Assembly (NCBI GenBank): GCA_043807135.1
Contig: JAZDGF010000003.1
Coordinates: forward strand, 8,516-72,515
DNA: 64,000 nucleotides
Direction: 5' to 3'
Source: Candidatus Levyibacteriota bacterium
GTDB lineage: Bacteria; Patescibacteriota; Microgenomatia; Levybacterales; UBA12049
The translations under genes and the position numbers were made by a program. Below the pieces are notes generated by a model that worked only from the letters and a program-made list of their open reading frames with translations, made no database searches and was not told the DNA's origin. This document shows, in pieces, positions 1 to 9,434 of the stretch (position 1 is its first letter; the number at the start of each line of letters is the position of its first letter).

Positions 1-1235
1 TTTTTCTTAAGACGCGGCAAATTAGCAGTTTCTACTGTAAATCCTGCTGCCATTGGATGTCCACCTACAGCAGTTAAAAATTCAGAAGCACTACGAATAA
101 ATTCAATAATATTAAATCCTATAACAGATCTTGCAGAGGCCTTACTAAACTTTTTTCCTTTTGATATGACAATTGATGGACGATAAAACTCTTCAACCAG
201 CTTTCCTGCAACAAGACCAATTATTCCTTGTTGATAACTTTCATCTGCAATAAACAAAAGCTTCTTATTTCCTAATTTGCTATTTTTTACCTTTGAAATG
301 GCACTAAGCATTGCTTCTTCTGTCAACTCTTGTCGCTCTTTGTTTGTTAAGCTTAATTTTTGAGCAAGAGATTGTGCTCTTTTTTTATCCCTTGTACATA
401 AAAGCCTTAATGAATCCATGGCGTTTCCAATCCTACCCATAGCATTTAATCTAGGCGCAATCACATGCCCTATGTCATAAGTTCTGATTTTAGAAAGCTC
501 AACTCCAGCTTCGTTGATGAGTTCTAAAAGACCTACTCTTCTTGTATTCCTTAAAGCCTCTAATCCAAATTTAACTAAGATTCTGTTTGTAAAATTAAGA
601 GGAACTAAATCTGCAACTGTTGCGATCGCAACCAGTTCTAAATGAGCATCTTTTTTATTTTTCTCTATTTCTCTTGCCAAAAAATACGCGACTCCTGCTC
701 CTGACAGTTTTGTTGTATGAACTATTGCTATTGCTTTAGGTAATTTTTTCCCGGGGAGATGATGATCCGTAATGATTACGTCTATTCCTTTTTTTCTAAT
801 AAAATCAACTGTTTTTAAGGAAACAATTCCATTATCAACAGTTATTATAAGTTTAGGATCTGGAATTTTAGCGATTAAATTTTCAATAGCCTTTTCTGAT
901 AATCCATATCCTTCTTTTACCCTGTCTGGAATATATGGCAGTGCTTTTGCTCCCGCTTTGTCAAGTGCCTCCCAAAGAATTGCACTTGCGCATAAACCGT
1001 CTGCATCATAATCTCCAAATACAACAATTTGCTCTTTGTTTTTTATTGCAAGTTTTATTCTACTTACAGCTTTTTCTAACTCTTTTAAGTTTATTCCTGT
1101 ATTTTTTGCAGTTATTTTCTTAATGTCAGGGTTTAGAAATTCTTCTTTTTCTTTTTTTGTTTTTATTCCCCTGTTTTCCAAAAGAGTATTAATGATAGCG
1201 TCAATTGAGCTTAAACTTTTTACTTTAGGTGTCAT
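1..1235 (-). CDS. recJ: Single-stranded-DNA-specific exonuclease RecJ (3' end runs off the window)
   Basis: Manual minus-strand translation from ATG 1235: MTPKVKSLSSIDAII...VFGDYDADG...PDRVKEGYGLS...ITDHH...GTVADL-like motif (ATVADLVPL)...APRLNAMGR...GGHPMAAGF. These are DHH/DHHA1 motifs. Absent from the ORF track because there is no stop in the window. Confidence 0.93.
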   Translation of the reverse strand, partial: MTPKVKSLSSIDAIINTLLENRGIKTKKEKEEFLNPDIKKITAKNTGINLKELEKAVSRIKLAIKNKEQIVVFGDYDADGLCASAILWEALDKAGAKALPYIPDRVKEGYGLSEKAIENLIAKIPDPKLIITVDNGIVSLKTVDFIRKKGIDVIITDHHLPGKKLPKAIAIVHTTKLSGAGVAYFLAREIEKNKKDAHLELVAIATVADLVPLNFTNRILVKFGLEALRNTRRVGLLELINEAGVELSKIRTYDIGHVIAPRLNAMGRIGNAMDSLRLLCTRDKKRAQSLAQKLSLTNKERQELTEEAMLSAISKVKNSKLGNKKLLFIADESYQQGIIGLVAGKLVEEFYRPSIVISKGKKFSKASARSVIGFNIIEFIRSASEFLTAVGGHPMAAGFTVETANLPRLKK

Positions 1236-1280
1236 CTAGCTTCTGCTATACTATAACAAACTACTTATTTAAAGCAATAT

Positions 1281-2627
1281 ATGATAAAAAACGTACCTGA
1301 AGAAATTATTAAGGTTTATTCAAAAATAAAAAACGCTGGTTTTGATTTATATTTTGTAGGAGGATGTGTTCGGAATTTAATATTAAAAGAAACTGTTAAG
1401 GATTGGGACTTTGCAACAAGTGCTACTCCTGAAAAAATTGTCAAACTATTTCCAGATAGCTTTTATGATAATAAATTTGGAACTGTCGGAGTTCCAATTG
1501 AAAAACCCGAAAAACAAGTTGTTGAAATAACTACTTTTAGAACAGAACAAGGCTACAGTGATCACCGCCACCCAACCAATGTTAAGTGGGGGAAGACAAT
1601 TGAAGAAGATTTGGCAAGAAGAGATTTTACTATTAATGCTGTTGCCATGGATTTAGATCTAAATTTAATTGATCCTTTCTCCGGCCAAAAAGATTTGAAA
1701 ACAAAAATAATTAAAGCTGTTGGAAACCCCAGCGAAAGATTTAAAGAAGATGCTTTAAGATTAATTAGGGCTATCAGGTTTGCTGCTCAGCTTGATTTTA
1801 AAATCGAAGATAAGACTTGGGAAGAAATAAAAAAAGATGCAAAATTAATTGAGGAAATTTCCAAAGAAAGAGTAAGAGATGAACTTTTAAAAATAATAGC
1901 CAGTAACTTTCCCTATGAAGGAATTGTTCTTCTTAAAGAAAGCGGGCTTTTAAAGTATATTATTCCTGAGCTCCTAAAAGGAGAAGATATTTCCCAAGCA
2001 AGACCGGGAAGACATCATACTGATGATGTTTTAACCCATAACCTAATGTCTTTAAAACACTGTCCCTCAGGTGATCCAATTGTTAGGTTTGCAGCATTAA
2101 TTCATGATGTTGGAAAACCTAAGGTTGCAGCAAAAGATGAAAAGGGTTTAGTTATTTTTCATAATCACGAAACAGTTGGAGCAAAAACTGCTAAGGAAAT
2201 TTGTGAGGAGCTTAAGTTTTCCAAAAAAGATAGAAACAGAGTGATTAATCTAATACGCTGGCACATGTTTACGGTTGACGAACACATTACAGACGCTGCA
2301 GTAAGAAGGTTTATTAGAAGAGTTGGCGTTGAAAATGTAAAAGATATTGTTGATTTAAGAATTGGCGATCGATTGGGAGGAGGAACACAAAGAGCAGAAA
2401 GTTGGAGGCTTAAGCTCTTTAAAAAACGGGTTGAAGAGCAACTTGGACCAAAACCGTTTTCCATTGAAGACCTGGCAATTAATGGAAATGACATTATAAA
2501 AGAACTAGGAATTGAACCAGGACCAAAGATTGGACAAATTTTGCAAAAACTTTTTGAGGAAGTAGATGAAGATCTTTCAAAAAATACCCGCGAATATCTT
2601 ATCACAAGATTTAAAACTTTGAAATAA
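1281..2627 (+). CDS. cca: CCA tRNA nucleotidyltransferase (class II) with HD domain
   Basis: VGGCVRN, DWDF, RRDFTINA and EDALRLIRAIRF motifs; LIHDVGK HD domain. Confidence 0.88.
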   Translation: MIKNVPEEIIKVYSKIKNAGFDLYFVGGCVRNLILKETVKDWDFATSATPEKIVKLFPDSFYDNKFGTVGVPIEKPEKQVVEITTFRTEQGYSDHRHPTNVKWGKTIEEDLARRDFTINAVAMDLDLNLIDPFSGQKDLKTKIIKAVGNPSERFKEDALRLIRAIRFAAQLDFKIEDKTWEEIKKDAKLIEEISKERVRDELLKIIASNFPYEGIVLLKESGLLKYIIPELLKGEDISQARPGRHHTDDVLTHNLMSLKHCPSGDPIVRFAALIHDVGKPKVAAKDEKGLVIFHNHETVGAKTAKEICEELKFSKKDRNRVINLIRWHMFTVDEHITDAAVRRFIRRVGVENVKDIVDLRIGDRLGGGTQRAESWRLKLFKKRVEEQLGPKPFSIEDLAINGNDIIKELGIEPGPKIGQILQKLFEEVDEDLSKNTREYLITRFKTLK

Positions 2628-2678
2628 AACCCCTTTACGAAATGCTTATTATTTGTTAAACTTTTGAAATTAGCTTTT

Positions 2679-3872
2679 ATGAAAAAGTTTTTTACATCTG
2701 AATCTGTTACAGAAGGACATCCCGATAAAATTTGTGATCAAATAAGTGATGCCCTCTTAGATAAAATATTGTCAAAAGATGAAAAAGCAAGAGTTGCAAT
2801 AGAGTCTTTCATAACAAACGGTGTTGTGCTTATTGCAGGAGAGGTTACAACGGATAGTTATATCGAGATTCAGCAAATTGTAAGAAATGTTATTAAAGAA
2901 ATAGGCTATACAAATTCAAAATATGGCTTTGATTTTGAAACAAGCGGAGTTATTACGGCAATTCACGGACAATCAAGCGATATTGCAAGAGGTGTAGATA
3001 GCTACAAAGAAACTAAGGAAGGAAAAATTGTTGAAGAAGATTTAAAAAATTTAGGAGCAGGAGACCAAGGACTTATGTTTGGATTCGCCTGTAATGAAAC
3101 TCCTGAGTTAATGCCACTCCCTATTGTTCTTGCTCATAAATTAGCAAAAAGACTTGCAGAGGTTAGGAAAAAAAAGATCATCAAGGGACTTCGACCTGAT
3201 GGAAAAACTCAAGTTACTGTTGAATATGAAGATGGATTACCAAAAAGAGTAGAAACTGTACTTATCGCAGCACAACACGATCAAGAAGTAAAATTAAATA
3301 AATTAAAAAAAGAAGTTATTGAAAAAGTTATAAAAAAGATAATACCAAAAAAACTACTGGACAATAAAACTAACTTTTACGTTAATACAACTGGAAAGTT
3401 TGTAATAGGAGGACCACAAGCAGATACAGGACTAACTGGTAGAAAAATTATTGTTGATACTTACGGTGGATATGCAAGACATGGAGGCGGAGCTTTTTCA
3501 GGAAAAGATCCAACTAAAGTTGATCGATCAGCAAATTACATGGCGCGTTATATAGCAAAAAATATTGTTGCCGCAAAACTTGCTGATAAATGTGAAATTC
3601 AAATTGCTTATGCAATCGGAAAACCAGAACCCATGTCTGTTTTAGTTGACACCTTTGGAACTGGAAAAATAGATGAAGAAAAGTTAAGTAAAATAGTGGT
3701 TAAGACTTTTGATCTAAGACCAGGTATGATTATAAAATACCTTGGTTTAAGAAAACCAATTTATAAACAAGTTGCAGTTTATGGGCACTTTGGAAGATCC
3801 GATCTTGACCTTCCATGGGAAAAAATTGATAGAATAAATGAGTTAAAAGAACTTGCAAAAAAATATGAATAA
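2679..3872 (+). CDS. metK: S-adenosylmethionine synthetase
   Basis: [19 protein letters not shown] and [16 protein letters not shown] motifs; ATG 2679 preferred over TTG 2664. Confidence 0.97.
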   Translation: MKKFFTSESVTEGHPDKICDQISDALLDKILSKDEKARVAIESFITNGVVLIAGEVTTDSYIEIQQIVRNVIKEIGYTNSKYGFDFETSGVITAIHGQSSDIARGVDSYKETKEGKIVEEDLKNLGAGDQGLMFGFACNETPELMPLPIVLAHKLAKRLAEVRKKKIIKGLRPDGKTQVTVEYEDGLPKRVETVLIAAQHDQEVKLNKLKKEVIEKVIKKIIPKKLLDNKTNFYVNTTGKFVIGGPQADTGLTGRKIIVDTYGGYARHGGGAFSGKDPTKVDRSANYMARYIAKNIVAAKLADKCEIQIAYAIGKPEPMSVLVDTFGTGKIDEEKLSKIVVKTFDLRPGMIIKYLGLRKPIYKQVAVYGHFGRSDLDLPWEKIDRINELKELAKKYE

Positions 3873-4311
3873 ACAGCAAATAAAAGATGAGTTAAGAGAA
3901 TCAATGTTTGCAAAAGACGAATTAAAAACTTCTGTTTTACGCATGCTTCTTTCTTCTCTTTCCTATTTTGAAATCCAAAAAGGTAAAGGTTATGAGGCAA
4001 CAGACGAAGATGTCTTATCTGCTATCCAAAAAGAAGTAAAGCAAAGAAATGACTCTATAGAACAATTTAAATCAGCAGGAAGAAATGAACTTGTTAAAAA
4101 AGAGGAAAAAGAGCTTGAAATACTTAAAAAGTATCTACCTGAACAGATGAGCGAAGAAGAAATTAAAAAATTAGTTATAGATGCAATTTCACAAACCAAT
4201 GCATCGTCAATGCAAGATATAGGAAAAGTTATGGGATATTTAATCCCAAAAACAAAAGGAAAAGCAGACGGAAGTTTAGTTAGTAAAATCGTTCGAGAAA
4301 AACTTTCTTAA
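3865..4311 (+). CDS. GatB/YqeY domain protein
   Basis: [18 protein letters not shown]...[11 protein letters not shown]...IGKVMG...ADG pattern; ATG 3865 overlaps the metK end. Confidence 0.88.
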   Translation: MNKQQIKDELRESMFAKDELKTSVLRMLLSSLSYFEIQKGKGYEATDEDVLSAIQKEVKQRNDSIEQFKSAGRNELVKKEEKELEILKKYLPEQMSEEEIKKLVIDAISQTNASSMQDIGKVMGYLIPKTKGKADGSLVSKIVREKLS

Positions 4312-5226
4312 TTAATTTATTTTTTTCAAAGCTTTTCTTTTTACACTCCAATTCTGCCATACGACAAGAATAGCTGCTGCATTAAAGATCGAGGAATAGG
4401 TTCCGCTTACAATTCCAATAAGAAGAGCAACTACAAACCACTTTATACTCTCTCCTCCAAATAAAAACATTGCTAGAAGCACTAATACAACCGTTAAAGA
4501 AGTATTTAAGGATCTATCAATTGTTTGAAGTATAGAATCATTTACAACTTGTGGAAAAGAAGTTCCTCCCATTCTTTTTAAGTTCTCTCGAATTCTGTCA
4601 AAAACAACGATTGTATCATGTACTGAAAACCCGATTACGGTTAGAATAGCAGTTACAAAAAGACTATCTATTTCTACTCCGAAAAAGTGTCCGAATAGAG
4701 CAAAAGCGCCCATTACAACTAAAACATCATGAACTAGGGCAATAATTGCACATATTCCAAATCTAAAACTACTTGCAGGTTTTGGAACTTGTCTAAACGA
4801 AAAAGTAATATACAAAACTATTAATATGGAAGCAATAATCACTGCCTTTACCGCATTTGATGTAGTTTCTGCTCCAATTGTCGGACCAATTGTCTCAAAT
4901 TCTTCTTGTTTAAAGTTTTTTAATTCACTTTTTATTTTATTTACTACTTTTGCATCTTGTGCTTGATCAATAGGCTGAGTTCTAACAAAAACTAGATTAT
5001 TTGATTTTTCTATTGTTGCTACTTTTATTTTTTCTTCTTCAAAAGCATTTTTTATTTTATTTACCTCTTCAGTACTGGCTGCTTTTGGAAGAGAAAAAGT
5101 AAGTCTTGATCCACCTGTAAAGTCAATTGACAGATTTAAACCAAAGATAATTAGGAAAATAATTCCCGGAATAATAATTAGAAGTGAACCTAAAAAGAAC
5201 CAATTTCTTTTACCAACAATATCCAT
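4312..5226 (-). CDS. secF: Protein translocase subunit SecF
   Basis: IDFTGG, GPTIG, HDV, GFSVHDTIVVFDRIRE and GTYSSIF motifs. Confidence 0.96.
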   Translation of the reverse strand: MDIVGKRNWFFLGSLLIIIPGIIFLIIFGLNLSIDFTGGSRLTFSLPKAASTEEVNKIKNAFEEEKIKVATIEKSNNLVFVRTQPIDQAQDAKVVNKIKSELKNFKQEEFETIGPTIGAETTSNAVKAVIIASILIVLYITFSFRQVPKPASSFRFGICAIIALVHDVLVVMGAFALFGHFFGVEIDSLFVTAILTVIGFSVHDTIVVFDRIRENLKRMGGTSFPQVVNDSILQTIDRSLNTSLTVVLVLLAMFLFGGESIKWFVVALLIGIVSGTYSSIFNAAAILVVWQNWSVKRKALKKIN

Positions 5227-5230
5227 ATTT

Positions 5231-6562
5231 TTATTTATAAATTAATCTTAAAAGTGTTTTTGTTACAACAATTGCCGAGAACATTGAGACCAAAACTCCC
5301 AAGGCTAAAACCAAAGCAAACCCTCTTACAGTACCTGTTCCAAATTTATATAAAACAGCACTTGTTATAAGAGTTGAAATATTTGAATCTCTTATTGATG
5401 TCCAGGCCCTTGAGAACCCCATTTCCATTGCTACTTTTTTACCCTTTCCTGCCCTAAGTTCTTCTTTCATTCTCTCAAATATTAAAATATTTGCATCAAC
5501 TGCCATTCCAATCGATAAGATAAAACCGGCAATGCCAGATAGAGTTAAAGTAACGCCATAAGGAGTTAGCGAACTTGCTTTAAATATTGCTAAAACAAAA
5601 AGTGTATAAAGAACAAGGGCAATGCTTGCAATTACCCCTAATGTTCCGTATAAAACTACCATAAAAATAACAATCACTAAAAACCCTAAAACACCTGCAA
5701 AAAGACTCTTTTGAAGCGATGATAAACCTAGGGTAGGACCAATTACATGACTTTGCAGTGTAGAAAGCGGTACAGGCAAAGCTCCAGCGTTTAACTGGGT
5801 TGCTAGAGCTTTTGCAGAGTCCACTGTAAATCCACCGCTAATTTCAGCACTTCCTCCTAAAATAGCCTCATTTACTGTTGGTGCTTCAATTACCAAGTTA
5901 TCTAAAGCAATTGCGAGCCTCTTTCCCACTACTCTTTCAGTTATTTCTGCAAATTTTTCTGATCCTTTTGAATTAAAAGTAAGTAAAACCTGTGGTTTTC
6001 CGGTATTTTGGTTAAAACCAACATCTGCTTGTTTTAGATCATTTCCTGATAGATTTGTTTTTTCATACCCTAACGGAAGATTTAGAGGATATCCTGCAGA
6101 CGGAGTTGCTACTTTTGCTGAATCAGTTCCTACTTCTTCCCAAAAAGTAAGTTGGGCAGTCGTACCAATTAATTTTTTAACCTCGTTTAAATCAGTAACG
6201 CCTGGAAGCTCAACAATTACTCTATACTCTTCTCCTACAATAGAAGTTTGCACTATTGGCTCTGCAACACCGAAAAGATTTACTCTTCTTTCTATAACGG
6301 TTTGTGCAGAATTTAACGCTTCTTCTTTTTGAGAAGAAGGTATTTCTTTCATGTCTGCTCTTAAAGTAATACTAGTCCCTCCTTCAAGATCAAGACCTTT
6401 TCTAAAATCAAGCTTTTTATCTATTTTTATTTTGGAAAGAATTTCCGCTTGATTAAACTTTAAAGGACCAGCTGAGAATTTAAAAGAGGAGGGTAAGTTG
6501 ATAAAAACTGCAACAATGGTTAGAAAAATTATTAGCCATAAAAGAGAACGGGGATTTTTCAT
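5231..6562 (-). CDS. secD: Protein translocase subunit SecD
   Basis: GLDLEGG, RRVNLFGVAEP, LNAGALP and GMAVDANILIFERMKEE motifs. Confidence 0.96.
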   Translation of the reverse strand: MKNPRSLLWLIIFLTIVAVFINLPSSFKFSAGPLKFNQAEILSKIKIDKKLDFRKGLDLEGGTSITLRADMKEIPSSQKEEALNSAQTVIERRVNLFGVAEPIVQTSIVGEEYRVIVELPGVTDLNEVKKLIGTTAQLTFWEEVGTDSAKVATPSAGYPLNLPLGYEKTNLSGNDLKQADVGFNQNTGKPQVLLTFNSKGSEKFAEITERVVGKRLAIALDNLVIEAPTVNEAILGGSAEISGGFTVDSAKALATQLNAGALPVPLSTLQSHVIGPTLGLSSLQKSLFAGVLGFLVIVIFMVVLYGTLGVIASIALVLYTLFVLAIFKASSLTPYGVTLTLSGIAGFILSIGMAVDANILIFERMKEELRAGKGKKVAMEMGFSRAWTSIRDSNISTLITSAVLYKFGTGTVRGFALVLALGVLVSMFSAIVVTKTLLRLIYK

Positions 6563-7134
6563 GAAAGCATATTTTCTTCGTCGCCAATTAGCATTATTCT
6601 TGAGCCAGAAAGAACAGAAAGAACAAACGGATCCCGTTTTTTCTTTCTAAATGTAAATTCGTCTTCAGACATAACTGTATAATTAATTTCTTTATTTAAC
6701 TTTTTTTCCTCTTCCCTTATCAGAAGTGCAAGTTCAGGTAAAACTACCGTTCCAACAATCAAAAGATCGATCTCATCAGGAGTATCTTTAATGTTTCTTA
6801 TAAATCTTCCTGAAAACATTGCGTATTTTATCCTACCAAGTTTTACTCTGTTTTTAAGAATAGTTGCTCCTAGGCCAATTGTTTTTGAACCTAGTCTTAA
6901 GATATCAAAGTAAAAAGGGTAGTTTTTAGAAAGGGAGTAGTAAACCCTATTTGCTCTTGGTTCTTTTTCAAGAATTCCTCTTTTCTCAAGATAGAATAAT
7001 TCCCGTCTTACAGCATTTATCTCATCTCCTGTTTTTCTTACCAATCCTCTTACGTGATACATCTCCAATGGAGACATCAAAAAAACATTTAATAATTTTA
7101 CCCTTGCTTTAGATGTAATTAAGTCTGCAAACAT
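6559..7134 (-). CDS. Winged-HTH protein with C-terminal nucleotidyltransferase-like domain
   Basis: N-terminal wHTH-like segment (HVRGLVRKTGDEINAVRRELFYLE); C-terminal FSGRF...DEIDLLIVG resembles a degenerate MNT fold; ATGA overlap with secD. Confidence 0.65.
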   Translation of the reverse strand: MFADLITSKARVKLLNVFLMSPLEMYHVRGLVRKTGDEINAVRRELFYLEKRGILEKEPRANRVYYSLSKNYPFYFDILRLGSKTIGLGATILKNRVKLGRIKYAMFSGRFIRNIKDTPDEIDLLIVGTVVLPELALLIREEEKKLNKEINYTVMSEDEFTFRKKKRDPFVLSVLSGSRIMLIGDEENMLS

Positions 7135-7142
7135 AACCCGCC

Positions 7143-8318
7143 TTATTTGACAGTAATAACTCCGTCTGTGGGCAAGATCTCAAACCATATCAGTCCCCTG
7201 TTAAGTTCAACAGGTGTACCATTACTGTCTTTAATTATGGTCTTTGACGTTCTATCTTTTTTCTGCCAAGTTCCTGTAATCTTTTTTCCGTCCATAAATA
7301 CTGTTGCTTTTCCTGACCCTTTAGTCTTATAAAGAAGATGTTGATTATTTTCATATCCATCGTTCGCACTGCTTTCAATCATTGATAAAACCACAATGTT
7401 TTTGGCCTCAAACTGTTTGTTGGTATTTTTATCCATGTGAGATTTTGTTCCGTTTGATCTTTTATATGTATTTGTTTTTGGATCATATGCCCAATCTACA
7501 AAATAGTTTGAATTTTTCTCCCAAAATTCAAGATGAACTGATTGACTTGTCCCCCTATCAGAGGCTTTAGCATCATCTTTAAATTCATAAGGTGTATATC
7601 CCTTAGACCAATGTGTTCCGTCTTTTCCTTTATCTTTTAGATCGCGTGATGTTTGAGCAAATTGCCAAAGTTTATCTGTAGTTGAATACATAGTATGCTC
7701 TGTTGCTACAGTGTGTCCCATCCTATCATAATCTCTCCAAAAAACCGGAAATCCAATAGCAAACTGATTCAAATCATTATACCCTCCCCAACCATAGTCA
7801 TTTATTTGAGAAAGTGCATCTGCGGGTCCTGGTTGGTTTGCTCCTCCTACATGAACATACAGTGGAGAATCTCCATATTCAGATAAGAAATCCATAAAGT
7901 AGGTTCTTGCAGATCTCACAGGTCCTATTTGTCCTGAATCTTGACAATAATAAATTGCCAAGAATCTGGTAATTCCACCCTCTGCAACCGCTTCGTAAAT
8001 AACATCTGCAAAAGAAAGGCCCGACTGAGGACGTGATTCTTCATGATTTTCGATCATTACTCCAAGAGGCCTGTGCTTTTCCCACCAGCTTCTTTGCTGT
8101 TTTGAATATTTTGCTCCGTTTATTGGGCAACTCTCTGTTTTGGGAAGATCTTTATCAAAAACAACTTGTCCTGTTGTTGATTTTTCAGGAGCGACAACTG
8201 GTGAAGTTAAACCTTGAGATGCAATTCCTCCGGGAGAAAAAATAAAGTAGGAAAGACCTGTTGTTATTAAATATACAAAAACTATTAGTACAATTGAAAG
8301 TAATGTTTTTTTATTCAT
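7143..8318 (-). CDS. DUF3048 (YerB-like) membrane-anchored extracellular protein
   Basis: N-terminal TM; RPLGVMIEN...RPQSGL..AD.IYE..AEGGITRF...GPVRSAR motifs. Confidence 0.85.
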   Translation of the reverse strand: MNKKTLLSIVLIVFVYLITTGLSYFIFSPGGIASQGLTSPVVAPEKSTTGQVVFDKDLPKTESCPINGAKYSKQQRSWWEKHRPLGVMIENHEESRPQSGLSFADVIYEAVAEGGITRFLAIYYCQDSGQIGPVRSARTYFMDFLSEYGDSPLYVHVGGANQPGPADALSQINDYGWGGYNDLNQFAIGFPVFWRDYDRMGHTVATEHTMYSTTDKLWQFAQTSRDLKDKGKDGTHWSKGYTPYEFKDDAKASDRGTSQSVHLEFWEKNSNYFVDWAYDPKTNTYKRSNGTKSHMDKNTNKQFEAKNIVVLSMIESSANDGYENNQHLLYKTKGSGKATVFMDGKKITGTWQKKDRTSKTIIKDSNGTPVELNRGLIWFEILPTDGVITVK

Positions 8319-8785
8319 TCTATTTTTGTTCCCCTTGCTTCTTTTATAGATTTTTTTTCTTCTTCTGAAAGATCGTAATCTACACCTTTTCCAGCTGTAA
8401 TCTTTTTAGCATACCATCTGGTCCCAGATCTTGAATATAATCCCGAAATGACAACTCCTGTATCATTTCCATCTATTAAGGATAACACAAAACTCTGGTC
8501 TCCTCCAGTATCTTTAAAAGGATTAAAACGAACAAGTCCGACTTTTTGAATATGGAAAAGTCCATCAGCCTGAAGTTTATTGCAATATTCTTTTAAATCG
8601 ATTATTTCTTTTTTTGATAAGTTCATATCTTTTAGCAAGTTTTCCATAATTATCCTTAAGCTCTTGCCATTTGCTCCTTTTGTAAGATGATTATAGTGCG
8701 AAGAAAGTCGCCAAAAATAGATTGAAATTATCAAAAGCCAAATAAAAATAATCCCGAAGCCAACATAAACTAAATTGGGTAACAT
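8315..8785 (-). CDS. DUF4446 family protein
   Basis: N-terminal TM; QKVGLVRFNPFKDTGGDQSF...YAK...LSEEE. Confidence 0.85.
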   Translation of the reverse strand: MLPNLVYVGFGIIFIWLLIISIYFWRLSSHYNHLTKGANGKSLRIIMENLLKDMNLSKKEIIDLKEYCNKLQADGLFHIQKVGLVRFNPFKDTGGDQSFVLSLIDGNDTGVVISGLYSRSGTRWYAKKITAGKGVDYDLSEEEKKSIKEARGTKIE

Positions 8786-8796
8786 AGATATTCATA

Positions 8797-8838
8797 TATA
8801 TTAGCCTCTTGACAGGGTAGTGTCAAGTAGTGTAGCCT
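8797..8838. promoter_or_regulatory. Overlapping divergent sigma70-type promoters
   Basis: CTTGACA-N6-TGTCAAG (8808-8827) gives TTGACA on both strands; minus -10 TAATAT at 17 nt, plus -10 TAGCCT at 18 nt. Confidence 0.5.
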
Positions 8839-8849
8839 AGGCTTCGAGC

Positions 8850-9134
8850 ATGGCTAAACGGAAAACAAGAAAACAAAAGATGATATCAGACTATCGTCGA
8901 CAATTATCTTTAGATAAAGAGACCGTTACGCAGTATAGTTTATCTTCTGAAAAACTTGAAGAAGCACCTCGCGAAAAACAAGTAGTTGTCAACATAAACA
9001 CCTCTTCCTATCCATATTTAAAAGGTGATTTAACAAAAACAGGAATACTTACTTTTTTTGTTATTTCCGCTCAAATTGTTCTCTTTTTTTTATTACAAAG
9101 ACACGCTCTTGTTTTATCAGGATTAACTTATTAA
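8850..9134 (+). CDS. Hypothetical protein, basic N-terminus and C-terminal TM helix
   Basis: MAKRKTRKQK...; one hydrophobic helix near the C-terminus; ORF track. Confidence 0.7.
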   Translation: MAKRKTRKQKMISDYRRQLSLDKETVTQYSLSSEKLEEAPREKQVVVNINTSSYPYLKGDLTKTGILTFFVISAQIVLFFLLQRHALVLSGLTY

Positions 9135-9209
9135 ATTATGTATAATGAATATTTAATAAACGCTGCCGCTTTGATAAAAATAGTTGCGGACGAGAGGAGG
9201 TGATTGACA

Positions 9210-9353
9210 ATGGCACAAATGTATTGTGTAAAATGCCGAGCAAAGAGAGAAGATGCAAAGGCAGAAAAAGTTACCATGAAAAATGGTAAACCAGCTCTCA
9301 AAGGTAAATGCCCAGTTTGCGGTACAGGAATGTACAAGATTGGAGCAGCTTAA
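9210..9353 (+). CDS. Small Zn-ribbon protein (DUF5679-like), 47 aa
   Basis: Manual translation MAQMYCVKCRAKREDAKAEKVTMKNGKPALKGKCPVCGTGMYKIGAA; two CxxC motifs; SD GAGGAGGTGA upstream; TATAAT at 9141-9146; below the ORF-track size cutoff. Confidence 0.88.
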   Translation: MAQMYCVKCRAKREDAKAEKVTMKNGKPALKGKCPVCGTGMYKIGAA

Positions 9354-9397
9354 ATTTTTTCTTGAAGATCCTTCGAAGGAATTATTCAAGGAACATT

Positions 9398-9426
9398 AAA
9401 ACCCCTCAAGTTCTTGGGGGGTTTTT
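9398..9426. terminator. Intrinsic terminator, likely bidirectional
   Basis: AAAACCCCTCAAG-TT-CTTGGGGGGTTTTT hairpin with A/T tails on both sides, between convergent genes. Confidence 0.75.
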
Positions 9427-9434
9427 AATTGAGG

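Noticed and set aside
772-1239. Three short plus-strand ORFs in the track
   Set aside because: They are antisense shadows of recJ, which occupies the minus strand.
2628-2678. Possible SAM riboswitch upstream of metK
   Set aside because: Only ~50 nt, mostly promoter (TTTACG-17-TAAACT); no SAM aptamer motifs seen.
9131-9389. Minus-strand ORFs of 68 and 78 aa
   Set aside because: They are shadows of the plus-strand Zn-ribbon gene 9210-9353, which has SD, promoter and terminator.
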